From NCBI RefSeq assembly GCF_009914755.1, contig NC_060938.1: a stretch of DNA of 64,000 nucleotides; one strand, 5' to 3'. Origin of the DNA: the human T2T-CHM13v2.0 reference genome, Homo sapiens. The notes beneath the pieces are model-generated. The model worked only from the letters and a program-made list of their open reading frames with translations, was not told the origin of the DNA and did no database searches. The position numbers and the translations under genes were made by a program. This document shows, one piece after another, positions 20,358 through 32,857 of this stretch. Positions within the stretch are counted from its first letter, which is position 1, and every line of letters begins with the position of its first letter.

Positions 20358-22714
20358 TGATGTGTTTTGGCCCTGCGTTCCCACTCAAATCTCATGTCAA
20401 ATTGTAATCCCTACATGTTGAAGAAAGGGTCTAATATAAAGTGATTGAATCATGAGGTGATCTTCCTCTTTGCTGTTCTCATGATAAAATTCTCAAGAGA
20501 TCTGATGGTTTAAAAGTGTGGCACCTCCCCGCTCACTTGCTGTTTTTCTCCTGCCACCATGTGAAGAATGTTCTTGCTTCCCCTTCACCTTCTGCCATCA
20601 TTGTGTGTCCTGATGCCTCCCAGTAACACTTCCTGTTTAGCCTGCAGAACTGTAAGCCAACTAACCCTCTTTTCTTCATAAATTACCCAGTCTCAAGTAA
20701 TTCTTTATAGCAGTGGGAAAATGGATTAATACAGAAAATTTGCACCAGGAGTGCGGTACTGCTATTACGATACCTGAAAATGGGGAAGTGACTTTGTAAT
20801 GGACAGATGTTGGGAAAGCCTAGAAGGCTCACAAGAAGACAGGAAGTCGTGGAAAAGTTTGAAATTTCCTAGAGGCTTACTGACTGGTTTTGACCAAAGT
20901 GCTGATAGTGATATGGACAATAAAGTCCAGGCTGAGGTGGTCTCAGATGAAGATGAAGAACTTCTTGTGAATTGGAGTGAAGCTCACACTTGCTATGCTT
21001 TAGCAAAAAGACTAGCGGCATTTTGCCCCTGCCCTAGAGATCTGTGCTATGTTGAACTAGGGAGAGATGATTTAGGGTATCTGGCAGAATAAATTTCTAA
21101 CCAGCAAAGCATTCAAGATTTTCCCTGGCTGTTTCTGAAAACATAAGTCCTATGCATTCATGAAAAGATGGTCTGAAATTGAAACTCATATTTAAAAGGG
21201 AAGCAGAGCATAAAAGGTTGGAAAAAAATTGCAGCCTGACCATCTGGTAGACAAGAAGAACCCATGTCCTGGGGAGAAATTCAAGCTGGCTGCAGAAATT
21301 TGAATAAGTAATGAGGAGCCCAATGGGGAAAATGTTCCCAGGGCATTTCAGAGATCTTTGTGGCAGCCCCTCCCATCACAGGCCCAGAAGCCCAGGAGAG
21401 AAAGATGATTTCATGGTCCAGGCCCAGTACCTCACTGCTCTGTACAGCCTTGAGACATGGCACCTTACACCCCTGTCTGTCTCGTGCCAGCCATAGCTAG
21501 AAGGGACCAAGTTCCAGCTCAGACCATTGCTTCAGAGGGTGCAAGCCCTAAGCTTTGGTTGCTTCCACATGGTGTTGAGTCTGTTGGTGCACATAAGGCA
21601 AGAACTGAGGTTTGGGAACCTCCTCCTAGATTTCAGATGATATATGAAAATGCCTGGATATTCAGGCAGAAGTCTGATGAAGGGGCTGAGCCCTAATGGA
21701 GTACCTCTACTAGGCCAGTGTAGAAGGAAAATGTGATGTTGGATCCCCCACACAGAGTCCCCATTGAGGCACTGTCTAGTGGATCTATGAGAAGAGGGCC
21801 ACCATCCTCTAGACCCCAGAATGGTAGAACCACCAACAGCTTGCACGGTGTGCCTAGAAAAGCCACAGGAACTCAATGCCAGCTTATGAAAGCAGCCATG
21901 GGCGCTGGACCCTACAGAGCCACAAGGGTGGAGCTTCCCAAGGCCTTGGGAGACCATCTCTTGTATCAGTGTGTCCTGCATGTGAGACATGGGGTAAAAG
22001 AAAAATTACTTTGGAGCTTTAACATTTAATGACTGCCCTGCTGGTGTTTGGACTTGCATGGGACCTGTAATCCATTTTCTGTGGCCAATTTCTCCTATTT
22101 GGATTGGGAGCATTTACCTAGTACATGCACCCCCGTTGTATCTTGGAAATAACTAAGTTTTTTTTAATTTTACAGATTTATAGGGGGAAGAAACTGACCT
22201 TGTCAGAGGAGACTTTAGACTATAGATTTTTATGATTATGCTGAAATGAGTTAAGATTGGGAGACCGTTGAGAAGGGATAAATATATTTTGCAATGTGAG
22301 AAGGACATGAGATCTGTCATGGACCAGGGGTGGAATGATATGGTTTGTCTCTGCATTTTCACCCAAATCTCATGTTAAATTTTAATCCCCAAGTGTTGTA
22401 GGAGGGGTCTGATGGGGAGAGATTGAATAATGGGGGCGACCTTCCCCTTTGTGATTCTTGCAAGATCTCACAAGGTCTCATGGTTTAAAAGTGTGGCTCA
22501 TCTCGCCTTGCTCTTTCTCTCTCTCTCCCCTGCCAGCATGTGAAGAAGGTCCTTGCTTCCCCTTCACTTTCCATGATGTCTGTAAGTTTCCTGATGCCTC
22601 CCAATAATGCTTCCTGTTAAGCCTGCAGAACCGCGAGTCAACTAAACCACTTTTCTTCGTAAATTTCCCAGTCTCAGGTAGTTCCTTACATTAGGGTGAG
22701 AATGGACTAAAACA
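20358..22714 (+). mobile_element. Full-length THE1/MST-type MaLR provirus (LTR 20358-20733, internal region about 1.6 kb, LTR 22336-22714)
   Basis: Two TG..CA LTRs of about 378 bp, internal MaLR ORF remnants (DSDMDNKVQAEVVSD), and a perfect 5-bp TSD CAGGT (20353-20357 and 22715-22719). Confidence 0.92.
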
Positions 22715-23427
22715 CAGGTTGAAATAGTTCTGGAGATGAAACGTAAAGCAATGTGACTATACTAATGAATATTGTATTATAAAGGTATCTTTTGCCAGAA
22801 GAGTAGATATTAGGTGTTTTTATCACACACACACAGTAAATTAAAGACATAAAATGATAACTCTCTGAGAGGACAGGCATGCCGATTACCTTGATCATGA
22901 TGAGCATCTCCCCAGGTACATCAATACATCAAGTGGTGTACCCTAAATATATACAATTTTATTTGTCAGTGATAGCTCCATAAAGCTGAAAAGTTATAAT
23001 GCATACCTATATATCTACATATTTTATCAATAAAATGTGTGAATATAAACAGAAGAACTTGTACAAAGATACTTATAATAGTTTTGTTTATGATGTTTAT
23101 TTTGGAAACAAATTTAAATCCCATCAACAGGAAAATAGATATACATATTGTCACTTATTTACTTAATAAACAGATTTATTTATTTAATAATCTGTCATTT
23201 ATTAATGTAATTGATTTAGATATGAAATATCTATATGTGTATGAGTACATACATATTTATACATATGATGACAAAACCTTGATAAATGCTATTACATGAA
23301 TGAACCTCACAAATAGTAAAAGTTGCCCCTTACAAAAATGATCTATAATATTTTATTCCATGTATATGAAGTTCTAAACAAGAAAAAGGGACCTCCTATA
23401 GTGACAGAAATCAGAACATTTTTCTAC

Positions 23428-25050
23428 TTGCATTTCTCTGATGATTAGTGATGTTAAACATTTTTACAATATATTTGCTGGGCACTTGCATGTATTCTTT
23501 TGAGAAGTGTCTGTGTCGTTTGCCTATGTACTAGTCCATTTTGAAACTGCTGATAGAGACATATCCAAAACTGGGAGGAAAAAGAAGTTTGATTGGACTT
23601 ACATTCCACATGGCTTGGGAGGCCTCAGAAACACGGCGGGAGGAAAAAGGCACTCCTTACCTGGTGGGTGGCAAGAGAAAATGAGGAAGAAGCAAAAGCG
23701 GAAATCCCTGATAAGCCCATGAGATCTCATGAGACTTATTCACTATCAAGAGAATAGCACGGGAAATACCAGCCCCCATGATTCAATTACCTCCCCCTGG
23801 GTCCCTCTCACAACACATGGGAATTCTGGGAGATACAATTCAAGTTGAAATTTGGGTGGGGACACAGCAAACCATATCAGCCAATTTTTAAAGGGTTTTT
23901 TTTTTTTTGGTTCTTTTTGATTTGTTTATCTACAGACTCTGGATACTAGGGCTTTGTGGGATGCAATGCTTGTGAATATCTTCTCACATTCTGTAGATTG
24001 TCTGCTTACACTGCTGATAGTTTTGTTTGTTGTTTGTTTGTTTGTTTGTCTTACTGTGCAGAAACTCCTTAACTAATTAGGTTCCACTTGTCTATTTTTC
24101 TTTTTGTTGCAACTGGCCTTGGATACTTAGCCAAAAATTTTTTGTCAAAACTAGTGTCGATAAGAGTGTTTTCAAGGGTGTCTTCAAGGAGTTTTATGGT
24201 TTGAGGTCCTACATTTAAGGCTTTAATCAATTTTGAGTTAATTTTATATATGTTGAAAGTACAGGGTCAGCTTCAATCTTCATCATATGGCTAGCCCGTT
24301 GTCCCAGTATCATTTATTGAACAGGGAGTCCTTTCCTCATTGCTTCTTTTCATCAGCCTTATCAAATATGAGATGATTGTAGGTGAGCAGCAACACACCA
24401 CTCAGAATGGTATCACAAAAAAGTCGAAAAACAAAGGATGCTTGTGGGACTTTGGAGAAAAGAGAACACTTATACACTGTTGATGAGAATATAAATTAGT
24501 CTTGCCACTTTGGAAAGCAGACTGGAGATTTCTCAAAGAACTTAAAACAGAGATATCATTTTACCCAGCAATTCCACTACAGGGTATACACTAAAAAGTA
24601 AATAAATAATTCTACCAAAGAGACACCTACACATGCGTATTCATGGCTGTGCTAGTCACAGTGGCAAAGACGTAGTTTAACCCAGATGCACATCACTGGT
24701 AGACTGAATATACAAAATATGGTACATCTACACTATATAATACTACACAGCCATGAAAAAGAATGAAATCATGTCCCTTGCCGCAAAATTAATGGAGCTG
24801 TTGGTCTTAATCATAAACAAATAAATGCAGGAACAGAAAACCGAATACCACATATTCTCCTATGTGGGAGCTCAGCATTGAGCACACATGGACATAAATA
24901 GAAGAACAAAAGACACCGTGGACTGCTGGAGAGTGGAGGGAGGGGGTGATGGAATCTGGATTCCAAACCTCAGCATCACTCAATAATCCCGTGTGACAAG
25001 TCCACACACGTCCCCTCTGTATCTAAATTAAAAGTTGAAATTAAAAAAAA
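23428..25050. mobile_element. 5'-inverted (twin-primed) L1PB-like insertion: antisense part about 23428-24391, sense 3' end about 24392-25050
   Basis: The antisense part starts at the reverse complement of CATCAGAGAAATGCAA. The sense part resumes at CACACCACTCAGAATGG and ends in poly(A). It is absent from the paralogous site near 54820. Confidence 0.75.
23527..23879 (-). mobile_element. THE1 solo LTR nested in the L1
   Basis: Minus strand TGATATGGTTTG..TAGTACA; TSD GCCTA/GCCAA. Confidence 0.88.
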
Positions 25051-26545
25051 ATCCTTATGTGAGAGCTGACTGGAAACACTGAGAGGACACTTGTGGAGAT
25101 GGACCTGCTCCTCACCCTAACTTAGGTGCTGGAGACAAACGTGCACATTTGCCAGAAACCCTCAAACTGTACATTGAAGAGCTATGCATTTTTGTATATG
25201 TTATCTCATAAAAACAGAAAATAGACAATTGGAGGAAAATATTTTTATTGAAATTAAAATCTTAATAACATGCATATGAAAATTCAAATAGAAAATATAA
25301 ATGTGATTATTACAATAATTATTTAAAGACATTTAGTTATATCTACTAGAATAAAATCCCAGAAATAAAAAAGATAAAGGTGACATCTTAAAACGAAAAA
25401 CTAATAAGCACACATTTCACAAATAAGTAAAATATGGCTAAAATATGTTGAACATTTTATATTATTAGTTATACAAAGTTAATAAACTATTGATATAATA
25501 TTGTAAACTGTTTTATTAGGATAAATTACTAACATTTTGTATCAAACCATAACTGGGGACAGCCGACAGAAAAATAACAATATTTGCAAGCACATGTTAT
25601 AAATGTTAATATAGTCTCAATGTTGGCCCAGCTCTTACACCTGAAATTTTCAACTATATCATGGATTTGTTTGGAGTCCTAGGAAAAATTAATTTTAAGA
25701 AATGACTTAAAGGAATTGTCTCCAATATGGAGATATTAGTATCTCATCTATAAAGAAATGGAAAATACATAATACATGTCAAGTCCTTGTAAGAAACCCT
25801 GTCCCATGGAAAAGGGCTTATCCTATTTGTTAGTGATACATTTACTGTTAACATTATCACCTTCACGATGATTTAGAAAATTAAAGCAAAGCGTGATGAA
25901 TTGAAGTGTGATGTTGCTTGTTTGGTACAACAGCGGGGTGAGGATAATGAAGAGCCCTGTGATCCCGAGGAGATGGCCTAATCCAAGGAGAGGGAGGCTC
26001 CAGGTCGTGTGGACTCACATGGGCTCCTGCTTCTGCCTGTCCCACAGCCACTCCCAGAAGCCTTCAGGAGACAGGGGTGCAGATGGGCCCTTGAGACCAT
26101 CAAATGAGAGCTGGAACTGAAGAAAAAGATAATGATCTGGGATAAATTTTAAAAAATTAAAATAAAAAATTTTATTTTAAATTCACAAATTATGGTTGTT
26201 TATATTTACAAGGTAAGAAGCAATGTTATGATTTGTGAATACCATATGGGATAACTAAGATAATTAAGAAATGATTAAGATAATTATCATTTATCAATTC
26301 AAATTCTTATTATTTATTGTGACAACATTTGAAATAACCATTATTTAACAGTAGTTAAATGAACAAATATAAATCAATTGATGGAAACAATTAAAAATAA
26401 CCAAAATCAATTGTGAAATACTCAAATAATTTACATTTAGCTCATCATTAAGTTTGATTCTTTAGGACATATTTTTAGAATTACTTTATTGTAATGTTTA
26501 TTATGAATTCCTACACATATATGCATATGTCTTTGTATTTATATA

Positions 26546-26870
26546 TTTTTTCTTTCTTTGTTTTGTTTTTGTTTTTTGTTGTTTTTTTTGAGATCGAATC
26601 TTGCTCTGTCACCCAGGCTGGAGTGCAGTGGCGCCATTTAGCTCACTGCAATCTCTGCCTTCCGTGTTCAAGTGATTCTCCTGCTTCAGCCTACCGAGTA
26701 GCTGGGATTAAAGGCACATGCCAATACGCACAGCTGATTTTTGCATTTTTAGTAGAGATGGAGTTTCACTATTTTGCCCAGGCTGGTCTCGAACTCCTGG
26801 CCTCAAGTGATCAGCCCACCTATGGCTTCCAACGTGCTGGGATTACATGCGTGAGCCACCGCGCCTGGCC
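26546..26870 (-). mobile_element. Alu element
   Basis: Antisense dimeric Alu ending GCGCCTGGCC with a T-rich tail. Confidence 0.95.
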
Positions 26871-27186
26871 TATACATCTTTCTATGGTTATAAATTTATG
26901 TCCCTATAGCTTCGTAGCTGCTGACGTCAACAAATGTTAATAAAACTCTGGAAGAATCGGTGCAAATAGGAATGCTTATTTCATTAAAGTGTAAACATAT
27001 ATATATAATTTTTAAATTACTAAAATTTAAATACTAACGATAATAAATTCATAATAAACACAAGTAATAAAACGTCACAGCCTAGAAAGCTCCAGAGTCC
27101 GGCAAACACAAACCTGACTTTTCCAGCTGAGGAGAAAGGAAACCTCTCCCGGCACCTGCTCCTGTCCCGCCCTCAGTGGGTCCCTA

Positions 27187-27200
27187 GCGCCCCCTGGTGG
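27187..27200 (-). promoter_or_regulatory. CTCF-binding element 3' of the IGHV3-22 RSS
   Basis: GGCCACCAGGGGGCGCTA on the minus strand, an essentially consensus site, 21 bp from the nonamer. Confidence 0.85.
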
Positions 27201-27221
27201 CCCCGCGCGCCCCTGCAGGGA

Positions 27222-27260
27222 GGTTTGTGTCCGGGCTCACACTGACCTCCCCTCACTGTG
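27222..27260 (-). other. 23-RSS of IGHV3-22 (intact)
   Basis: CACAGTG (27254-27260), 23-bp spacer, ACACAAACC (27222-27230). Confidence 0.95.
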
Positions 27261-27722
27261 TCTCTGGAACAGTAATACACGGCCGTGTCCTCGGTTTTCA
27301 GGCTCTTCATTTGCAGATAGGTGATGCTTTTGGAATCATCTCTTGAGATTGTGAATCTGCCTTTCACAGACGTGGTCTATTCTGTTGTCCCACCATTAGC
27401 TTTGTTTCTAATGAAACCTACCCATTCCAGCCCCTTCCCGGGAGCCTGGCGGACCCCGCTCATGTAGTAGTAACTGAAGGTGAATCCAGAGGCTGCACAG
27501 GAGAGTCTCAGGGACCCCCCAGGCTGTACCAAGCCTCCCCCAGACTCCACCAGCTGCACCTCACACTGGACACCTGCAAACAAAAAGAAACCCTGGTCAG
27601 AAACTGCCACACGTATCCACTGTTTCTCTCACTCTTATCCGCTCACACTCAATTTCAATAGTTCTCAATGAATTACCTTTTAAAATAGCGGCAAGAAAAA
27701 CCCAGCTCAGCCATGACTCCAT
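27261..27722 (-). pseudogene. IGHV3-22: IGHV3-22 pseudogene; leader 27677-27722, V exon 27261-27573
   Basis: Leader MESWLSWVFLAAILKG. The V region has the conserved FR2 Trp replaced by Gly (MSGVRQ) and an in-frame TAG at 27377-27379 after [13 protein letters not shown]. It lies between IGHV3-21 and IGHV3-23. Confidence 0.93.
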
Positions 27723-27848
27723 GGTGAGTCCTCTGTGTTCAGTCCTGATCACCAAATGAAAACATCTGAAAATCCCAGGGCTGGGGCTCCTCTCCCAGAG
27801 CTGCAGGGTCAGGGCTGGGCTGGTTTTCATCAGCAGAGGGAGGGCTCT

Positions 27849-27856
27849 ATTTGCAT
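27849..27856 (-). promoter_or_regulatory. Octamer motif of the IGHV3-22 promoter (intact)
   Basis: ATGCAAAT on the minus strand. Confidence 0.88.
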
Positions 27857-28592
27857 GTCTCCTACTATATAGTAAGCTCTGGGGTGAGAGGCCTGAGGAG
27901 AGAGTGGGGCTCACAGCATGTGAGAGCGTCCTGGGGGAGATTTGTGATATTGATAGCATTTGGGAATTGTGGTTACTTGTTGTAAGTTTGTTCTGTGGTA
28001 AACCCTTAAAACCTATAAATCTTATAATTTTGTAATTTTTATTTTAAAAGTTTTATTGAGGTACAATAGATCTACATAAACTGCATATTTTTGAAGTTCA
28101 CACCAATAATCTTTTATTTTTACACATGCAGAGAAACCATGGTATGTAGTATCAATGTTATTTCCATGTTACAAATGAGAAATTACCAGCAGAAGCACAG
28201 ATGGGTTGTACAGTGTCCCCAGAGCTCACATTTGGTCAGAGTGACCTGGGCATCTGGGCCTGTGCTTCTCACCACTGGACCTGACTTCTCCCTGAACCAA
28301 GCCCAGCACACAGGGGTTGCACCTAGTGAGGTTTACAGAAGCATTTCTCTGTAATGGGAACATGGTGTGATGTGTATGCTCTTTTGTGATTACCTAACAA
28401 TTGTAAAGAACAGCATGTTTCCCACAGTTTTATTTTCTTAAGTGTCATACATCTCTCATGTTCGTGTCTATCTTTCCATCAGTCTTTATCTAACAAATTA
28501 TATATTCACTTATTTGCAATACCCTTATTGAGGCATTATTGCTATATAATAAATATTGCATAATTAAAGTGTGCAGTTGAATACACACTGAA

Positions 28593-28745
28593 GCCGAGCA
28601 TGGTGGTGCCAACTGTAGTCCCAGCTACATAGGGCAGAGGGAGGAGGATTGGAGACCCAGGGTCTGAGGCTGCAGAGAGCTGTGATCTCACCACTGAGCT
28701 CCAGCCTGGATGACAAAGCAAGACCATGTCTCCAAAGAAAAAAAA
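28593..28745 (+). mobile_element. Alu monomer (FRAM-like); paralog at 39433-39590
   Basis: Single right-arm-like monomer with A tail. Confidence 0.75.
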
Positions 28746-30539
28746 TGTAATTTCACATGTGCTCACCTGTGTATCCAAAATAACAATCAAGATAATGATG
28801 ATTACAGTTAAAAGCTTCCCTGCTTCCCTGTGTTCCTCTCATTCCTGCCTCCCGTCATTTCTCTCTCACTATACTCAGTCAACCTCTCATCTTTGTTAAT
28901 TCAGATCTATTTTTCAATATTTTGTTAAAGTGAAATCTTTTAGTTTCCATTTCATTTGTGTGGCTTCTTGCTCAGAATAATTACTTGTGAGTCAGTAATT
29001 TGATTGTGTATAAAGGTGTTGATTCTAACGAGGAACAGTATTCCAGTTAATGAGTACAACCCTATCATTTATTTATAAATCTCCTTAACATTTGTGTTAT
29101 TTCCAGTTTCTGAGTATTACAAATGTATCTTCTACTCCGCCTGGAGATGTAGTCATCCAATAAAAAAGTATTATTTTTACAACAACTAGCCTTACTGAGC
29201 TACAAATTAGCACATTTTATTTAATACATGAGTTTATTGATGTATAGGGCAAATGAGAGAACTTACCTCTTGTGAAAATCAAATCAGTGACTTGTAAGGA
29301 TAAACAGGAAAAGAATATAATTTTATCTGAGGCAGAGGCCAGCAAATGTCATATAAGTTAATGCAAGATTAAATTAGATATATTTACCCGATTGCTTAAA
29401 ATTAAGTATAATGAAGAAGTTATTATTTAAATTTCCACAGGACTTAAAACTGAGAGACTCCTATTGCTATTGAAACCTTTCCTCCCAAGATTGAGGACAC
29501 ATCACAAAAATCTCCACCCTCTTCCTCCCGAGATGGTTCTGTGTGGGAAACGGAACAGCAGCTGTGGCTGAAATGCATCCAGACCCAGCTCCCTCACCAC
29601 CACTACATGACCAAAGAATTAACATGCAGGGGCAAAGCCACTGACAGCTCTGTGTTACAGGCACTGGAGGAACTCGTAGAAACTGGGGTAGAAGAAAGAA
29701 AAGCTCCAAAGCTCTGTCCATTCTTTCAGGAATAACAGCCTCATCTCCCACCTCCTCTCTCTTCCCTCAGGAATAACAGACTCATCTGCTGGGAAGGGCA
29801 GAAAAGAGGAAGCTGAAGACATCAGTGGGAAGACATAGTGGCTGCTGGGAGAAGATTGGGGAAAGAACAAGGAGACCCTCTACCCAGGAATGGGAGGAAG
29901 ATGCATGGATCAGCATCACACCTGCAGGAGGGGCAGGGATACTTGGAAGGACACGTCCTGAGCCAGGACTGCCATGTCTGCCTGGAGTGTGGCTCCCTCA
30001 GAAGGACAGAGAGTGCCCGTTCAGTGCAACCCTTCCCACCACATTGACAATCATCAGGTCCATGTGGCTCTGGGATGACCTGGGGGAGATGAAAGACAGA
30101 GTCTCTCTGGAACACACAATTTAAGGCCCAATGCCAAGCAGGAAACAAAATTAAGGTGTCACTGGAGGAATCTGGGTGTCTGGTGGCTGCAGAGGAAACC
30201 CACTGCAATTCAGGCAGCCACTGTGACAATGAATTTCAAATGTAGCCCTGACTGGTTTCACACAATTTTCTACAATAAAGGCCTAGAAAAGATACGGCAT
30301 GATCATCTACAAAAAAAGTCATAAAACAAATAATTATCTAATATAAAGGATCTGATAGAAGTATCTGTGGAACATACATTTTGAAATAACTGCATAAATA
30401 CTTTGAAAATTTACACTTGATCCCATAGTTAGTCTATGCGTAACTTCGTAAGAAACTGCCAACATGTGCTTATTTTTAATAACTAATACTTTATTACTAT
30501 CATGCTTTTGAATGTAACAGAGACCACAGAGTAGATTCT

Positions 30540-31415
30540 ATCGATAAAAAGCCAACTTTGGAAAATACTTAGAGAGATTTATTCTGAGCCAAATGTGGGG
30601 TAGATGCCCTGTGACGCAGCCCCAGAGGATCCTGATAACATGTGCCCAAAGTGGTTTGATTGCAGGTTAAATTTAATAACATCAATTGATACATGTGAGA
30701 TATCTGTTGATTTGTTTCATAAAGACAAAACAGCTAGAAGTGAGGCAGTGTGGGGAGATAATTACCGCTTACAGGTGAATTAAATGATTTTTCAATTGGC
30801 AATTCATTGAAAGACTTAAGTTTTTATCTAAAGACCAGAAATCAGTAGTAAAAAGTGTCTGGGTTAAGATAACAGGTTTTGGAGAACAAAATTCATATTA
30901 TGCAGATGAAGTCTCTTATGTGGCCACGCTTAGAGGAAATAGATGGCAAATGTTTTTCTACTAAGACCTTTAAGAGATGCTAGACTTCCAGCTAATCTCC
31001 TCAGTATAACGAAAGACCTGGAAAGGGAAGGAGATTCTCTACAGAATGTAAATCTCTCTCACAAAGGATAACTGTGCAGGGCGATTTAAAAATATGTCAA
31101 AGAAATATATTTTAGGGTAAAAGCCTTCGATTCCTTTCAAGGCCTGCTCTGTGTCACATGACGCTATTCTCGAGTCAGGTTAGAATTTGGTATCTTATTG
31201 CTACACGGAATCCGTTTTCTGAGCCTTGAGTCCTCTGTTTTCATGAAAATGCTGGTCAGTTGTGCTTGAATTACAAAGTGAGGAGGGTATAATGAGGCAT
31301 TTCTGATCTGTTTCTAATGTGGCCTGAACTAGGTTTTCAAGTCTCTGGAACTCCTTGGTGAAGAGGAAGGTTCCATTCAGTCAGCTTGGGCGCTTAAAAT
31401 TCTACTTTTAGTTTA
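30540..31415 (-). mobile_element. MER4-group ERV1 LTR; paralog at about 41404-42292
   Basis: GAGAGATTTATTCTGAGCCAAAT is the antisense of the MER4 3' end; about 0.9 kb. Confidence 0.7.
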
Positions 31416-32371
31416 TTGGACATATATGAGACTTACCCTACTCAGGGGTATCAGAAAATATTTACTGAGGTAATCACATTGAAGTTGAGACTTGAAAGAT
31501 AGTCTCAGATTCCTCCCTGCAAACCTTTTCTCCTGAGACTAGAAGAAGAAAACTTAACCAGAAACAAATACTAACATTTCTTCAATGTTCAAAATCGCCA
31601 CCCATTAGGAAAATAATTAAACTTGCAAGGCTTATCTTTAGAAACTAGTATAACGATTCCTAATGTCCTTTAGAAAAACACAGATTCTGATTAGTTTACA
31701 GATTATACAGAACGTCCCATCCAATGGCAATCTGCAATTAGCTGGATTCCCTTCCACTGGTGTTTTTTAATGTGTAATTTAAATAGATGCATAATAGTTC
31801 AAAACCTTTATGTGGTACATGTGATATTTTGAAAAAAAGAAAATTATGTGCATATCTGGATAACTGGGACAACCTTCAACCTTCATCTCAATCATTGACT
31901 ACTTCTTTGTGGTAAGAACATTCTAAATGTTATCTTCTAGCTAATTTGAAATACACAATAAATTATTAACTGTAGTTGTCTATGTGCCAATTCAGCATTC
32001 TCAGGAGCAATGGGTGAAAATTCCTGTTTTTCAACTTCCTCGTCAACATTTGGTATTGTCTATATTGTGTATTTTACCCATTCTATTAGGTTACTAGGAT
32101 TTTTTCAATATTAAACATACATTTACCTAATGAAAATCCAGTTGGTCACTTTTTATACTTATTGTTAGATGCACTTTCTATTCAGGTCTTTGCCCATTTT
32201 AAAATTAAATTGTGTGGTTTTGTTGTTCAATTGTAAGGTAATTTGTATATTTGTAATAAAAGTCCTTTTCCAAATATTTGATTTGCAAGCAAACTCTCCA
32301 AATCTATGGCTTATCTTTTCACTCTCAGATAAGGGTTTATTTTCAAAGGCCTAGGTTAGTTTATCCATCTA

Positions 32372-32700
<329 letters not shown>

Positions 32701-32857
32701 GAGACAATTATCATTCTAACTTCTAACTTAGAATTCTTAGCATAATAACGTAGGTTGTAAATATTTCAGTATCTGAAATATATACCAGTTTTGGTAAAAC
32801 ACTAGGGAGGAAAATTTGTAGAGTGTTCTGAGCGCACAATGGCTTCCCCTCGCTGTG

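Noticed and set aside
26494-26940. 148-aa ORF and similar ORFs at 19589, 32369, 49987 and 61892
   Set aside because: These are antisense Alu translations.
29467-30229. Cluster of ORFs repeated at 40276-41098 with identical translations, suggesting a conserved gene
   Set aside because: Identity is at nucleotide level in all frames and on both strands, which fits duplication and conversion. There is no recognisable protein or splice structure.
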